Positions 41,514-50,521 of a stretch of DNA of 64,000 nucleotides are shown one piece after another. The notes beneath the pieces were generated by a model, which saw only the letters and a list, made by a program, of their open reading frames with translations, searched no databases and was not told the origin of the DNA. A program made the translations under genes and the position numbers. Positions within the stretch are counted from its first letter, which is position 1. The number at the start of each line of letters is the position of its first letter. This DNA comes from Fimbriimonadales bacterium (lineage in GTDB: Bacteria; Armatimonadota; Fimbriimonadia; Fimbriimonadales; GBS-DC): positions 4,499 to 68,498 of the forward strand of contig JANXAW010000027.1 in the NCBI GenBank assembly GCA_025061985.1. Reading direction: 5' to 3'.

Positions 41514-42479
41514 CTACAGCGATTGCTTGCCTAAGGTTACGGTGAGCGTGATAGGTTGCCCCTCTCGCAGGATAGTGATAGACACGCGCTGATTGGGCTG
41601 GGCGAAGTAGAGAGCGCGTGTGAGGTCTACTACGGTGCGCACAGGCTTATCGCCAAACTGCGTGATAATGTCACCCGGCTGGATACCTGCTACTTGCGCA
41701 GGGCTGTTGGGCCACACGCGGCGCACGATGACGCCTGTAGGCAAGCCTTGATAGTCGATCCCCAGCCAAGCGTATTCGGCACGCCCCTTCGTGCGCAGCT
41801 CGTTGACCACACGCTGAGCGATTTCAGCAGGGATTGCAAAGCCCACGATCCCCGTTCCGCCTGCGGGGACGCCCTCCACGGGCGCCAGCTCGCCCACAAT
41901 CACGCCAATCACGCGCCCTTGAATATCCAGCAGTGGCGCGCCTTGCTCGCCGGGACCAACCGTGCCGTTGAACTGCAACAGCAGCACCATCCGCTGATTG
42001 TCACGGCGAACCCCCACGCGGTCTTTGCCCCCTATCGTGCCCACCGTCACGCTACCCTCTAAGCCACTGCGGTTGCCGATTAGGATTGCCGCAGCGCCGA
42101 TGAGCACGCGCTCAGAGTCGCCCCAGCTGAGGGCAGGCAAACGCGAGGAAGCGTTCGCCCGTAGCAATGCCAAACCCGTAATGTTATCTACCCCCGCCAC
42201 ACTCGCAGCGAGTTGCTGCCCGTTATAAAGATAAACGGTTGCCTGTGGGTGGGCGCGCACCACCTCTGCGGCGCATACCACCAGACCGTCGGCGTCTATG
42301 ATGAACCCGCTGCCGCGCAATAGTCGCCCGCCATGGCTTACCTCAACTGTTACCACGGCGGGCAGGGCACGCTCCACCACGCGATTCACCTCTTGGTTGG
42401 CGCGCTCCAACAGAGAAAGCTGCTGCCCAAAGGCAGCAAATGTCCACACAATCAGGCTAAAAAGAACCAACCATCGCAT
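41514..42479 (-). CDS. HtrA/DegP-like trypsin-fold plus PDZ protein with all three catalytic residues substituted (pseudoprotease)
   Basis: GSGFIIDADGLVVCAAEVV has Glu at the His position, compared with TNxHVV. ITGLALLRA has Gly at the Asp position. GPGEQGAPLLD has Gln at the Ser position, compared with GNSGGPL. The PDZ is intact (PNSPAQVAGIQPGDIITQFGDKPV). The start chosen is MRWLVLFSL. The track ORF extends to 42545. Confidence 0.75.
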   Translation of the reverse strand: MRWLVLFSLIVWTFAAFGQQLSLLERANQEVNRVVERALPAVVTVEVSHGGRLLRGSGFIIDADGLVVCAAEVVRAHPQATVYLYNGQQLAASVAGVDNITGLALLRANASSRLPALSWGDSERVLIGAAAILIGNRSGLEGSVTVGTIGGKDRVGVRRDNQRMVLLLQFNGTVGPGEQGAPLLDIQGRVIGVIVGELAPVEGVPAGGTGIVGFAIPAEIAQRVVNELRTKGRAEYAWLGIDYQGLPTGVIVRRVWPNSPAQVAGIQPGDIITQFGDKPVRTVVDLTRALYFAQPNQRVSITILREGQPITLTVTLGKQSL

Positions 42480-43239
42480 GCTCGCTATCCCCACTCTCGG
42501 ATGATTGCTCCGATGGCATCTCATACTGAAGCGGCAAGTAGTCAACCTCTGTCGCAGAGGCGACTTCGAACTGGCTCAGGGGCGGGCTTTCTACTTTTGG
42601 CACGCCTGCTATAAACAAGGCAGGTTTGTCAGTGGAGCTTTGGCGCGCGATTAGGCGTGCCGAACCGTTGTTCCCACGCTTTGGCAGTGGCTTTACGATG
42701 CGCGTGCGCGCAGCATGCGGGGGATGGGTTACCCTGCGCGTTTGTGGCGTTCCCAAGGACGCAGAGCCTGCTATGCGGGGCCTTGTGGAGACGGGTGCTG
42801 AAGGTCGCCCCGTCAGCTGCGTACTGTAGTCCAATAGACGTGTGCCTAAAGGAAGCGCGTGCTTGAGGGCAGGCGATGTCGCTTTGGGCGCTGGCGTAGC
42901 GCTGTCGGGCGTTGGCTCCAAGGGGCGCGTAAGCAACAGTAGGCTCAAGCCCACGAACGCCATCGCCGTTAGCCCAAATGCGGGTGCATAGCGCCATACT
43001 ATCGGGCGCGTACGCACCGCGGCGCGCGCATTTAGCTGCGCCTGAATGCGCTCCCACGCGAGGGTGGTGGCAGGCACAGGTGTCTCGCGCACTGCCCCCA
43101 CCACACGGCGATATGTCTGCTCTAGCTGCAACGCGCGTTGACAGCGCGCGCAGCGTGCCGCATGGGCGCGTACCGCCTCAGGCAGGGTCTCAAGCTCGCC
43201 TGCCAAATATGCCTCAAACTGATCGCAGTACCGTCTCAT
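42457..43239 (-). CDS. anti-sigma factor (zf-HC2 type), single-pass membrane protein
   Basis: The N-terminus is CDQFEAYLAGEL...HAARCARC (H-x3-C-x2-C). One TM segment, FGLTAMAFVGLSLLLL. The start overlaps the sigma gene stop by 4 nt. Confidence 0.75.
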   Translation of the reverse strand: MRRYCDQFEAYLAGELETLPEAVRAHAARCARCQRALQLEQTYRRVVGAVRETPVPATTLAWERIQAQLNARAAVRTRPIVWRYAPAFGLTAMAFVGLSLLLLTRPLEPTPDSATPAPKATSPALKHALPLGTRLLDYSTQLTGRPSAPVSTRPRIAGSASLGTPQTRRVTHPPHAARTRIVKPLPKRGNNGSARLIARQSSTDKPALFIAGVPKVESPPLSQFEVASATEVDYLPLQYEMPSEQSSESGDSEHAMVGSF

Positions 43240-43859
43240 TCTATCTCACCTATCGCACGCAACAAAGGCTCCAGTTTGGCTTTGAAGGCGCGGCGCGCCC
43301 GCATCACCCGCAGCTTCACCGCGCCAACACTCACGCCGAGGATCTCGGCGATTTGCTCATAATCCATTTCTTCCAAATCGCGCATGATGATCAGCTGCTG
43401 GTGATGGGCGGGCAGCTGATGCAATGCAGTGTAGAATGCTTCCTCGAAGGCGTACCGGCGTACGCTTTCCAGTGGGTCGGGCGGTTTAGGGTGGCTCCAT
43501 GCGAGGCGATGTTCTGCTTCGCGCTCCACAAGCAGCTGGCGTCGTTGGCGCATGCGCGCACGGTCTGTGCATAGGTTCAGCGCAATGCGCATCAGCCATG
43601 TGCTGAAGCGGCTCTGCTCGCGGAAGGTGTGCAGGCGTTCAAACGCTTTGAGGAACACTTCCTGCACAATGTCTTCCGCTTCATCGGCGTTGCGCGTGGA
43701 GCGGTAGACTATCCGAAATATGGGCTGGCGGTAGCGCAGGTAAAGTTCTTCCATGGCGCTTGTGTCTCCTGCACGGGCTTTCGCTGCCAGTTGCTCATCC
43801 GTGAGCACAGAGCCTACCGCTCCAGCGTAGCGCTCCTCCATTGCTAGCGCCCGTTCCAT
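43236..43859 (-). CDS. ECF-type RNA polymerase sigma-70 factor
   Basis: Region 2 is EDIVQEVFLKAFERLHTFREQSRFSTWLMRIALNLCTDR. Region 4 is MDYEQIAEILGVSVGAVKLRVMRARR. The track ORF runs to 43919 and overlaps tilS, so an internal Met was chosen. Confidence 0.8.
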   Translation of the reverse strand: MERALAMEERYAGAVGSVLTDEQLAAKARAGDTSAMEELYLRYRQPIFRIVYRSTRNADEAEDIVQEVFLKAFERLHTFREQSRFSTWLMRIALNLCTDRARMRQRRQLLVEREAEHRLAWSHPKPPDPLESVRRYAFEEAFYTALHQLPAHHQQLIIMRDLEEMDYEQIAEILGVSVGAVKLRVMRARRAFKAKLEPLLRAIGEIE

Positions 43860-43875
43860 CCCAAAGGATGGACGT

Positions 43876-45270
43876 TTATCGTTCTGCATCGTTTCGGTAA
43901 AGGCGTGCGTGCAGCACACGCTGCGTAGACGGAGTTATCTTGGCGCGCTCGGCAATCGTGTAGGTGGGAATCCAGAGAACGCCTGCGTCATCACATAGCA
44001 AGGGCAGTCGCCAGCGTTCTGCGCGGGGCACCTTGCGATCGGTGAAGATATCGCTGAGCTTTTTGGGCGCGGGCATCCCTAGTGGTTGGAACCGCTCGCC
44101 TGTGCGCCCGTTGCGCACACGCAGCATACCCTGAACGGCATCAGCATCTAGGAACGCCTCCGTAGGAAGAGCTTGCCAGTTGGCGGGAACAGCGTCGGTA
44201 GCGAGTAGGCGCACCTCCAGCCACACACCTGCTTCAGGGATATAGGTGGGAGCTTCGGGCACTACGGGGTACTCATAGGGCGCGGGTTCGGCAGACGCAT
44301 GGTGGAGCGTCAGGGCATTAGGGTCGGTGGTCAGGCGCAAAGTGGGGCTAAGTTGCCATGAGGTGCGCTCACCCTGCATCGCTGCATGGCGAATTGCCTC
44401 GAGGATTTCAAACGGGGGTAGATTGAGCGTGCCCACATGCGGGCGCAACCACTCGCGCAATACGCGCCGCTGCACTGCAGGGTGCAAGTGGGCAAAATCG
44501 GCTCGCGGCAACACCTGTGGGTGAGACGCAGTGCTACTCAGTTGTGCCAGCACGCGCTGGATTTCGTCTGCCCACCATGCCTCTTCGGCTTCTACAATTG
44601 CTGCTAAGCGGAGCAGGTGGCGCTCGAAAGCAGGCGCGATTGCCCGTAGCACAGGAATCAGCTCTGCCCGTACGCGACGGCGCATCTGGTGGGGGTCTAA
44701 GTTTGTGATGTCGAACACCGTGGGCAGGTTGTGGTCGGCGCAGTAGCGGTGCGTTTGCTCGCGCGACACATCCAGCAACGGGCGGATAATGCGGTCGCGT
44801 TTGTAGGGCATCCCCCGTAACCCGCGTGGACCTGTGCCTCGCAACAGGTTGATGAGGATGGTTTCGATCTGGTCGTCGCGTGTGTGGGCGAGGGCAACGG
44901 CGGTTGCGCCCAATTCGTCTGCCAGTCGTTCGAAGAACTCATAGCGGGCGTTGCGCCCTGCTTCTTCAAGGGAGATTTTTTGGGCACGCGCTCGCGCGGG
45001 CACATCAACGCGTTCAACATGCAACGGCACGCCTAAGGTGGTACACACCTGCCGACAGACTTCCACATCGGCGTCGGCTTCGGTGCGCATGCCGTGATGC
45101 AGGTGGGCGGCGTGCACACAAATCCGCAGCTCGTCTTGGAGGCGCGTTAGTAGATGCAGTAGGGCGGTAGAGTCAGCACCGCCTGAGTAGCCTACAATCA
45201 CCACGCCGCCTTCGGGGGGCAGCAGGTGGCGTTCGCGAATGGTGGCGCGCACGCGCTCTAAAATCTCCAT
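43876..45270 (-). CDS. tilS: tRNA(Ile)-lysidine synthase
   Basis: PP-loop VGYSGGADSTALLHLL, then AHLHHGMR and HTRDDQIETILINLLRG. Confidence 0.85.
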   Translation of the reverse strand: MEILERVRATIRERHLLPPEGGVVIVGYSGGADSTALLHLLTRLQDELRICVHAAHLHHGMRTEADADVEVCRQVCTTLGVPLHVERVDVPARARAQKISLEEAGRNARYEFFERLADELGATAVALAHTRDDQIETILINLLRGTGPRGLRGMPYKRDRIIRPLLDVSREQTHRYCADHNLPTVFDITNLDPHQMRRRVRAELIPVLRAIAPAFERHLLRLAAIVEAEEAWWADEIQRVLAQLSSTASHPQVLPRADFAHLHPAVQRRVLREWLRPHVGTLNLPPFEILEAIRHAAMQGERTSWQLSPTLRLTTDPNALTLHHASAEPAPYEYPVVPEAPTYIPEAGVWLEVRLLATDAVPANWQALPTEAFLDADAVQGMLRVRNGRTGERFQPLGMPAPKKLSDIFTDRKVPRAERWRLPLLCDDAGVLWIPTYTIAERAKITPSTQRVLHARLYRNDAER

Positions 45271-45273
45271 CGC

Positions 45274-46200
45274 CTAGTAGGCGCGCCAGTAGCGTCGGAT
45301 CATGTCGCGCGTTTTGCGGATGCCGTCTAGCAGGTCGCCCTCGCCGAAGTACTCAATCGAGAGCGCGCCGACATAGCTGGCGAGGCGCAAGCTGCTCAAG
45401 AGACGCCCGTAGTCGAGACTGGTTTCCTCGCCGCGGGGGTCAAAGGCGTGGCTTTTGGCGTGTACGTGGAAAGCGTAGGGGGCAAGCAAGCGGGTTGCGT
45501 CGTAGATACGCTCAGGGTCGCCGTGCCCAAAATCTAAGCATACGCCAACCCAGCGCGGGTCTACGGCACGGATGAGGCTTATAAGTAGCTCAGGGCGTCG
45601 CCCGATGCCTTCGCGGTTTTCGATGGTGATTCGCACGCGCCGTCGTCGCGCTTCGGGGAGCAGTCGTTGCAGCCAGTGCGCGGAGCGCTCAAACAGTTCG
45701 TCCTCGCGCTCTCCGCTGAGGTGCAACCGTATCAAGGGCGCGCCTATCACGGCGGCTGCTTGCAGGTACTCTATGGCTTCTTCCAGTCGCCGATTGAGGC
45801 TCGGCTCGTCGTTGAGGTTGACGGGTTCGCTCACCATCACGCCTGTAATGGCGAGGTTGTGCCGATAGCAGGTCTCACGAAGGTTCTCTAAGTAGCGCGG
45901 ATGCAGGCTTTGCAGATGGCGACTGCTAAGGCTAATGCCTTGGATGTCTAGGTCGCGCAGCAACGCGCAGCAACTCTCAAGGGTCAGTTGCCCTGTTTCC
46001 AGCAGGGGGTGTAGGGTGCGGGTTTCGCAGCTTAGCACGGGCATCAGGGGAGCAGGCTTGGGTTCGCCGCGCTCCATCAGTTCGCCCATCCGCTCCAGCT
46101 TTTCGAACACACCCCCAAATCCTGCGCGCACCAGGGAGCGTAGTCCTTCGCGGAGGAAATCGCGTCGACTGGTGGGTCGGTCGTGTCGGTTCATCTGCAA
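45274..46200 (-). CDS. xylose-isomerase-like TIM-barrel protein (sugar phosphate isomerase/epimerase family) with a Tat-type signal
   Basis: Twin-arginine motif TSRRDFLREG at the N-terminus. The later pattern (IRLHL, ITIEN.EG, HVHAK) is typical of the AP-endonuclease-2/TIM family. Confidence 0.65.
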   Translation of the reverse strand: MQMNRHDRPTSRRDFLREGLRSLVRAGFGGVFEKLERMGELMERGEPKPAPLMPVLSCETRTLHPLLETGQLTLESCCALLRDLDIQGISLSSRHLQSLHPRYLENLRETCYRHNLAITGVMVSEPVNLNDEPSLNRRLEEAIEYLQAAAVIGAPLIRLHLSGEREDELFERSAHWLQRLLPEARRRRVRITIENREGIGRRPELLISLIRAVDPRWVGVCLDFGHGDPERIYDATRLLAPYAFHVHAKSHAFDPRGEETSLDYGRLLSSLRLASYVGALSIEYFGEGDLLDGIRKTRDMIRRYWRAY

Positions 46201-46210
46201 AGATTATACC

Positions 46211-46555
46211 TCACGCTTCGGAGGCGGCGCGGTAGATGAGCGCTAATGCAGCGTAATCATCGTACGGTTCTGGGGGTATGCGCAGCCCTTCGGGCAGCAG
46301 GCGTCGCCAACCGCGTGGGGGGTGATGCTCAAAGTATAAGCGGCGGGCTTGCAGCGTAGTATCGTGCTCTGGCACCAGCTCCCACAAGATGTGGGGAAAC
46401 CAAGTTTGCAGGTGGGGCAGGAGGCGTTTTACGCCTGTGCCTGCCCCTACTAAGTACCGCTGAGGCGCGTACTGCGCGATTACCTGCTCCAGGGTGGCGC
46501 ACAGCTGCTCCAGCGGCACGATCGCACGGAACAGCACGTGCCACCGCTCCGCCAC
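46211..46555 (-). CDS. RuvX/YqgF-like (RNase H fold) putative resolvase/nuclease. The annotated GTG start probably truncates it.
   Basis: The C-terminal pattern LVGAGTGVKRL...EHDTTLQARRLYFEHHPPRGWRRLLPEGLRIPPEPYDDYAALALIYR is present. The in-frame upstream sequence encodes IRYLAIDPGTHKAGIAIAE, the expected catalytic DxG..K.G motif, but it contains no ATG, GTG or TTG. Confidence 0.6.
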   Translation of the reverse strand: MAERWHVLFRAIVPLEQLCATLEQVIAQYAPQRYLVGAGTGVKRLLPHLQTWFPHILWELVPEHDTTLQARRLYFEHHPPRGWRRLLPEGLRIPPEPYDDYAALALIYRAASEA

Positions 46556-46602
46556 GCGTTCGGCAATCGCTATGCCCGCCTTGTGGGTACCTGGGTCAAT
46601 CG

Positions 46603-47628
46603 CTAAATACCGGATGGCGTCTCCTCCTTGGGCGACAGGCTCACGAAGGTCACAGGCTCCAGAAAGGCGTCGACAACAAGCGGGTCAAACTGGCGTCCGC
46701 GTTCGGCGCGAATAATCTCGACGGCTTGTTCGTGGCTTAGCGCGGGTCGATAGGGGCGCGGGTTGGTCATGGCGTCGTACGCATCGGCAACGGCAACGAT
46801 TCGCCCCCACAACGGGATCTGCTCGCGGTGCAGCCCTTGCGGATAGCCTTGCCCATCCCAACGCTCATGGTGCGTGAGCGCAATCTGGCGTGCCATCTCC
46901 ACCACCGGGTAGGGGCAATCAGACAAGATGCGCGCGCCGATCTCAGTGTGCCGCTTCATTATCTCCCACTCTTCGCGGCTCAAGGCGCTGGGCTTGAGCA
47001 AAATGGCATCGGGAATGCCTATCTTGCCGATGTCGTGAAGCGGGGCTGCATGACGCAGCTGGAACAACTGCTCCTCGCTTAGCCCTAGCACACGACCAAT
47101 TTGTTCGCTAAGACGTCCAACCCGAATGATGTGCTGCCCCGTTGCGTCATCGCGACATTCGGCTGCACGTGCTAAGCGCTCCAAGATTTCCAGCCGTGCC
47201 AACTCCAATTCGCGGGTGCGCGTCGCATGTAGTCGCCGAATCTCCAGTAGGTTGCGTACCCGCAGCTGCGCCTCGGCGACTTCCAAGGGCTTGTGCAGAA
47301 AATCGGAGGCACCTGCGCGTAGGGCTTGGTGCTTGACGCTAGGCGCAGGATCCGCAGTTAGCACAATCACAGGAATGATTTCCTCGGGGTAGGCTGTACG
47401 CAATGCATGAATGACTTCGCTGCCGTCCTCTTGGCCTAAGTGCCAGTCGAGTAAGACAAGGTCGGGGCGAACCGTTGAAATCAGCCGAACAGCCTCCGTC
47501 ACACTCCGCGCCTCGACCACTCGCTGGTACCCCGCCTCGCACAAAAGCGCATGAATGAATTCTCGCACGCTCGGATCGTCATCCACAACGTAGATTGTGG
47601 CATCTGCATATGTTCTGCCGCTAAGCAT
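46603..47628 (-). CDS. response regulator with an HD-GYP output domain (c-di-GMP phosphodiesterase type)
   Basis: REC domain: IYVVDDDPSVREF...DLVLLDWHLGQEDG...VLTA. HD-GYP domain: HDIGKIGIPDAILLKP and HHERWDGQGYPQGL. The start chosen is MLSGRTY. The track ORF runs to 47727. Confidence 0.85.
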   Translation of the reverse strand: MLSGRTYADATIYVVDDDPSVREFIHALLCEAGYQRVVEARSVTEAVRLISTVRPDLVLLDWHLGQEDGSEVIHALRTAYPEEIIPVIVLTADPAPSVKHQALRAGASDFLHKPLEVAEAQLRVRNLLEIRRLHATRTRELELARLEILERLARAAECRDDATGQHIIRVGRLSEQIGRVLGLSEEQLFQLRHAAPLHDIGKIGIPDAILLKPSALSREEWEIMKRHTEIGARILSDCPYPVVEMARQIALTHHERWDGQGYPQGLHREQIPLWGRIVAVADAYDAMTNPRPYRPALSHEQAVEIIRAERGRQFDPLVVDAFLEPVTFVSLSPKEETPSGI

Positions 47629-47845
47629 CCGCTCACCGCCAACCCCCTGAACTCTATCCCGAGCCTCCTGCTTGCGGATTGCTCCTGCTTTCAGGGGCAG
47701 TAATTTATACTGGCTCCACGAATGCACTCCTGCAGCAGATTAGAGGGATTTTGCAGGAAAATTCGCGTTTGGTGAAAGGTTTTGAAACACTTAAAGGCAC
47801 TCTCAGGGCAGGAACACCGAACCCGCAAAAGAATCTAAGGGTTAT

Positions 47846-49072
47846 ATGCGGATCAGACTGTTTGTCGTGTGTACGGCGCTAACGATAAGCTTAGGGGCGG
47901 CGCAAGCGGAGAAGCAGCCTGCATCCTCACCTGCGCCGAAATCTGAGCCTGCTCCCAAAGTGCGTGAAACCACGCTTAGTTTTTCCCAAGCAGGTGAGCG
48001 CTGGTGGTGGGCAGAAGACAAGGCAGGCAAGCCCTTTGGCGCTCCGCAAAAGATTAGCGACACCAGCGCTATCGTCAAGCTACCAGAAAACGCGCAAACG
48101 CTGTGGGTGTATGATGCGAAAACGGGCAACCTCGCGCAACTGGAGGTTGCCAGCCTAAAGGAGAAAACGGAGCTTACCAGCGACCGCTGGACGCATGTGG
48201 CGCGCGTGCAAGTAAACCTTGTGGCACAGGGGAAGCCAGTGGCGAGTGCGTTGGTGACCCTCAAAGACGCCAAAGGCAATGAGCAAACGCGCGTGCTGGA
48301 ACCATCAGCAGAGGGGGTAGTGGTGTTCGAGCGGGTGCCGCTAGGCAAAGTGGAAGTGATTGCTCGTTATGGCGATGACCAGAAAGCCTCGCAAGAGATC
48401 GTGTTGGAGCGTGAGCGCGAGTTGCGCGTGCCCGTGATTGAGCTTACGCTTAGTGGCACGGTTGCCACGATTGAGCCGCGCACAGGCACTGCCCGCGAAG
48501 TCGCTTCGGAGGAAGCCCCGCCTGCGAGCCGCATCGGGGCAACTGTGATGTTCGTCGTTGCACTGGTACTGGCAGTAGGGCTAATCGTGCTCTTAGTACG
48601 TTTGGCAGCTCAAAAGCCTCAGCAGTTGGAGCAAGCGATGAGCAAGTTGGGCGTGGAGTTGCCCCAAGCAGCCACCACAGGCACAGCCGCAACCCCAGCA
48701 GCAGCTCCCTCGCCCGACCTGCCCCCGTTGGAGACAGCAGGCGTGCCTCCAACTGCCTCAACCGCAGCGATGGGCGCAGCGCCCGCCACACGCTTAGTGG
48801 TGGTGCAGGGTCCCCACGCGGGGCAAGTGTTTGACCTCAGCAGCGACCTAATGACCATCGGACGCGAGCCAATCCATCCGATTGCGCTCACCAACGACAT
48901 GAGCGTAAGTCGCCGCCACGCCCAAATCATCCGCCAAGGCGATCAGATATTGATAGAGGACTTGAGCAGCACCAACGGCACTTATGTGAATGGGGTTCGG
49001 ATCACGGCGCCTACGCCCCTCAAGGCGGGCGACACAATTCAAATGGGCAACACCATCTTGCGGGCAGAATAG
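47846..49072 (+). CDS. single-pass membrane protein: extracytoplasmic CarboxypepD_reg-like domain, TM segment, cytoplasmic FHA domain
   Basis: Signal peptide, then a VQVNLVAQGKPVASALVTLKDAKGNEQ...VVVFERVPLGKVEV segment. TM segment VMFVVALVLAVGLIVLLV. FHA: MTIGREP...VSRRHAQI...DLSSTNGTYVNG. Confidence 0.8.
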   Translation: MRIRLFVVCTALTISLGAAQAEKQPASSPAPKSEPAPKVRETTLSFSQAGERWWWAEDKAGKPFGAPQKISDTSAIVKLPENAQTLWVYDAKTGNLAQLEVASLKEKTELTSDRWTHVARVQVNLVAQGKPVASALVTLKDAKGNEQTRVLEPSAEGVVVFERVPLGKVEVIARYGDDQKASQEIVLERERELRVPVIELTLSGTVATIEPRTGTAREVASEEAPPASRIGATVMFVVALVLAVGLIVLLVRLAAQKPQQLEQAMSKLGVELPQAATTGTAATPAAAPSPDLPPLETAGVPPTASTAAMGAAPATRLVVVQGPHAGQVFDLSSDLMTIGREPIHPIALTNDMSVSRRHAQIIRQGDQILIEDLSSTNGTYVNGVRITAPTPLKAGDTIQMGNTILRAE

Positions 49073-49075
49073 CAT

Positions 49076-50482
49076 ATGGTGACCAAGCTCATCTATCTGA
49101 TGCTGTTTGGCGCAGTAGGTGGGCTGCTGGGGTGGAGCGTACTTGAGCCGTTCTACGATGATACGCTCCGCCGCAGCGTGGATTGGGGGCGTTTGGTGCT
49201 GTTTGGAGCGGTTGCTGGGGGCTTTATCGGCGCGATGATTGGCTTAGCGTCAGGGCTATCGCTGGGCACAGGCAAGCACATCGCGCGGGGCACAGCATTA
49301 GGTGCGCTAGTGGGCATCGTGGGCGGCTGGATAGGCGTAACGGTTGGGCAGATTATTTTTGGAGTGCTAATCCAAGGATTGCCCGTGGTGGGGTTGATTA
49401 TCGGGCGGATTTTGGGCTGGATGGCGTTTGGGGCGGCGATTGGGTTTGCGGAAGGTGTGGTGGCGCGCTCGCCCAAGCGGATGCGCAACGGCGCGCTGGG
49501 CGGCGCAATCGGCGGCGGGTTGGGGGGCGCGTTGTTTGATATGCTGGGGCTAATGATGGCGTCGGGGCTCGCTTTTATTCCTGGCACTGAGCACGATGCG
49601 GGGGCACCCTCGCGTGCCGTTGGTCTTACGCTAATTGGCGCAGGGATTGGGCTATTTATTGGCTTGCTGGAGCTGCTCACACGCTCGGTATGGGTGCGTG
49701 TACTGTATGGGCGCAACGAGTACAAGGAGTATCCCATTGACCGCGATGGGGCATATTTGGGGCGCGACGAGTTAGCCGATGTGCCGTTGCGCGGCGACCC
49801 TCAGGTTGCCCCACGCCACGCTGAGATTCGAATGGCAGGCGGTAGCTACACACTGGTGCCGCTGGCGCCCTTGCTGGTGAACGGGCAGACCATCACGACA
49901 CCCACTCTGCTCAACGATGGCGATATGCTCCAGATTGGGCAGTTTCAGTTGCAGTTTTTGTTGCGTGAGGGACAGGCACAATACGCGCCGCGTGATGTAG
50001 CGCGCCCATCCCTCACACCGCTCCCTACTCGCCCTGGCACTTGCCCCTACTGCGGGCAGCCTCAAGACCCCCTCACAGGCGCGTGCGCATGCACACCAAC
50101 CACCACGCCATCTCCTACCCCAACGCCACCTCCCGCGCCTACACCCACCACTTACGCACCTTTCCCTGCTGCCACTGCAGGCGTGGTGGTAGTCGCCCCC
50201 GCTACGCAACTGGTGGGCTTAGACGGCGCGCTGGCAGGACAACGCTTCACTGTGCCCCCTGCGGGGCTGACGATCGGGCGCGAGACCGACAACGCCCTCG
50301 TGATTCCCGATCCTACCGTCAGCCGCCACCACGCCCGAATCGCCATCGAAAACGGCACGCTTGTCGTCTACGACCTCAACAGCACCAACGGCACTTATGT
50401 AAACGAGCAGCGCATTAGCCGCCAACCGCTTAAGGCAGGCGATCTGGTGCGCTTCGGCAACGTTCGCTTTCGCGTAGAGTAG
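49076..50482 (+). CDS. polytopic Gly-rich membrane protein with two FHA domains and a CxxC...CxC knuckle
   Basis: Five or six glycine-zipper-like TM segments. FHA1: YLGRDELADVPL..APRHAEI. Then CPYCGQPQDPLTGACAC and a T/P-rich linker. FHA2: LTIGRETDNALVIPDPTVSRHHARI...DLNSTNGTYVNE. Confidence 0.8.
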   Translation: MVTKLIYLMLFGAVGGLLGWSVLEPFYDDTLRRSVDWGRLVLFGAVAGGFIGAMIGLASGLSLGTGKHIARGTALGALVGIVGGWIGVTVGQIIFGVLIQGLPVVGLIIGRILGWMAFGAAIGFAEGVVARSPKRMRNGALGGAIGGGLGGALFDMLGLMMASGLAFIPGTEHDAGAPSRAVGLTLIGAGIGLFIGLLELLTRSVWVRVLYGRNEYKEYPIDRDGAYLGRDELADVPLRGDPQVAPRHAEIRMAGGSYTLVPLAPLLVNGQTITTPTLLNDGDMLQIGQFQLQFLLREGQAQYAPRDVARPSLTPLPTRPGTCPYCGQPQDPLTGACACTPTTTPSPTPTPPPAPTPTTYAPFPAATAGVVVVAPATQLVGLDGALAGQRFTVPPAGLTIGRETDNALVIPDPTVSRHHARIAIENGTLVVYDLNSTNGTYVNEQRISRQPLKAGDLVRFGNVRFRVE

Positions 50483-50521
50483 CAGGAATGCCTTGCCTCC
50501 AGTGCGAATCTATGCTGTGCT

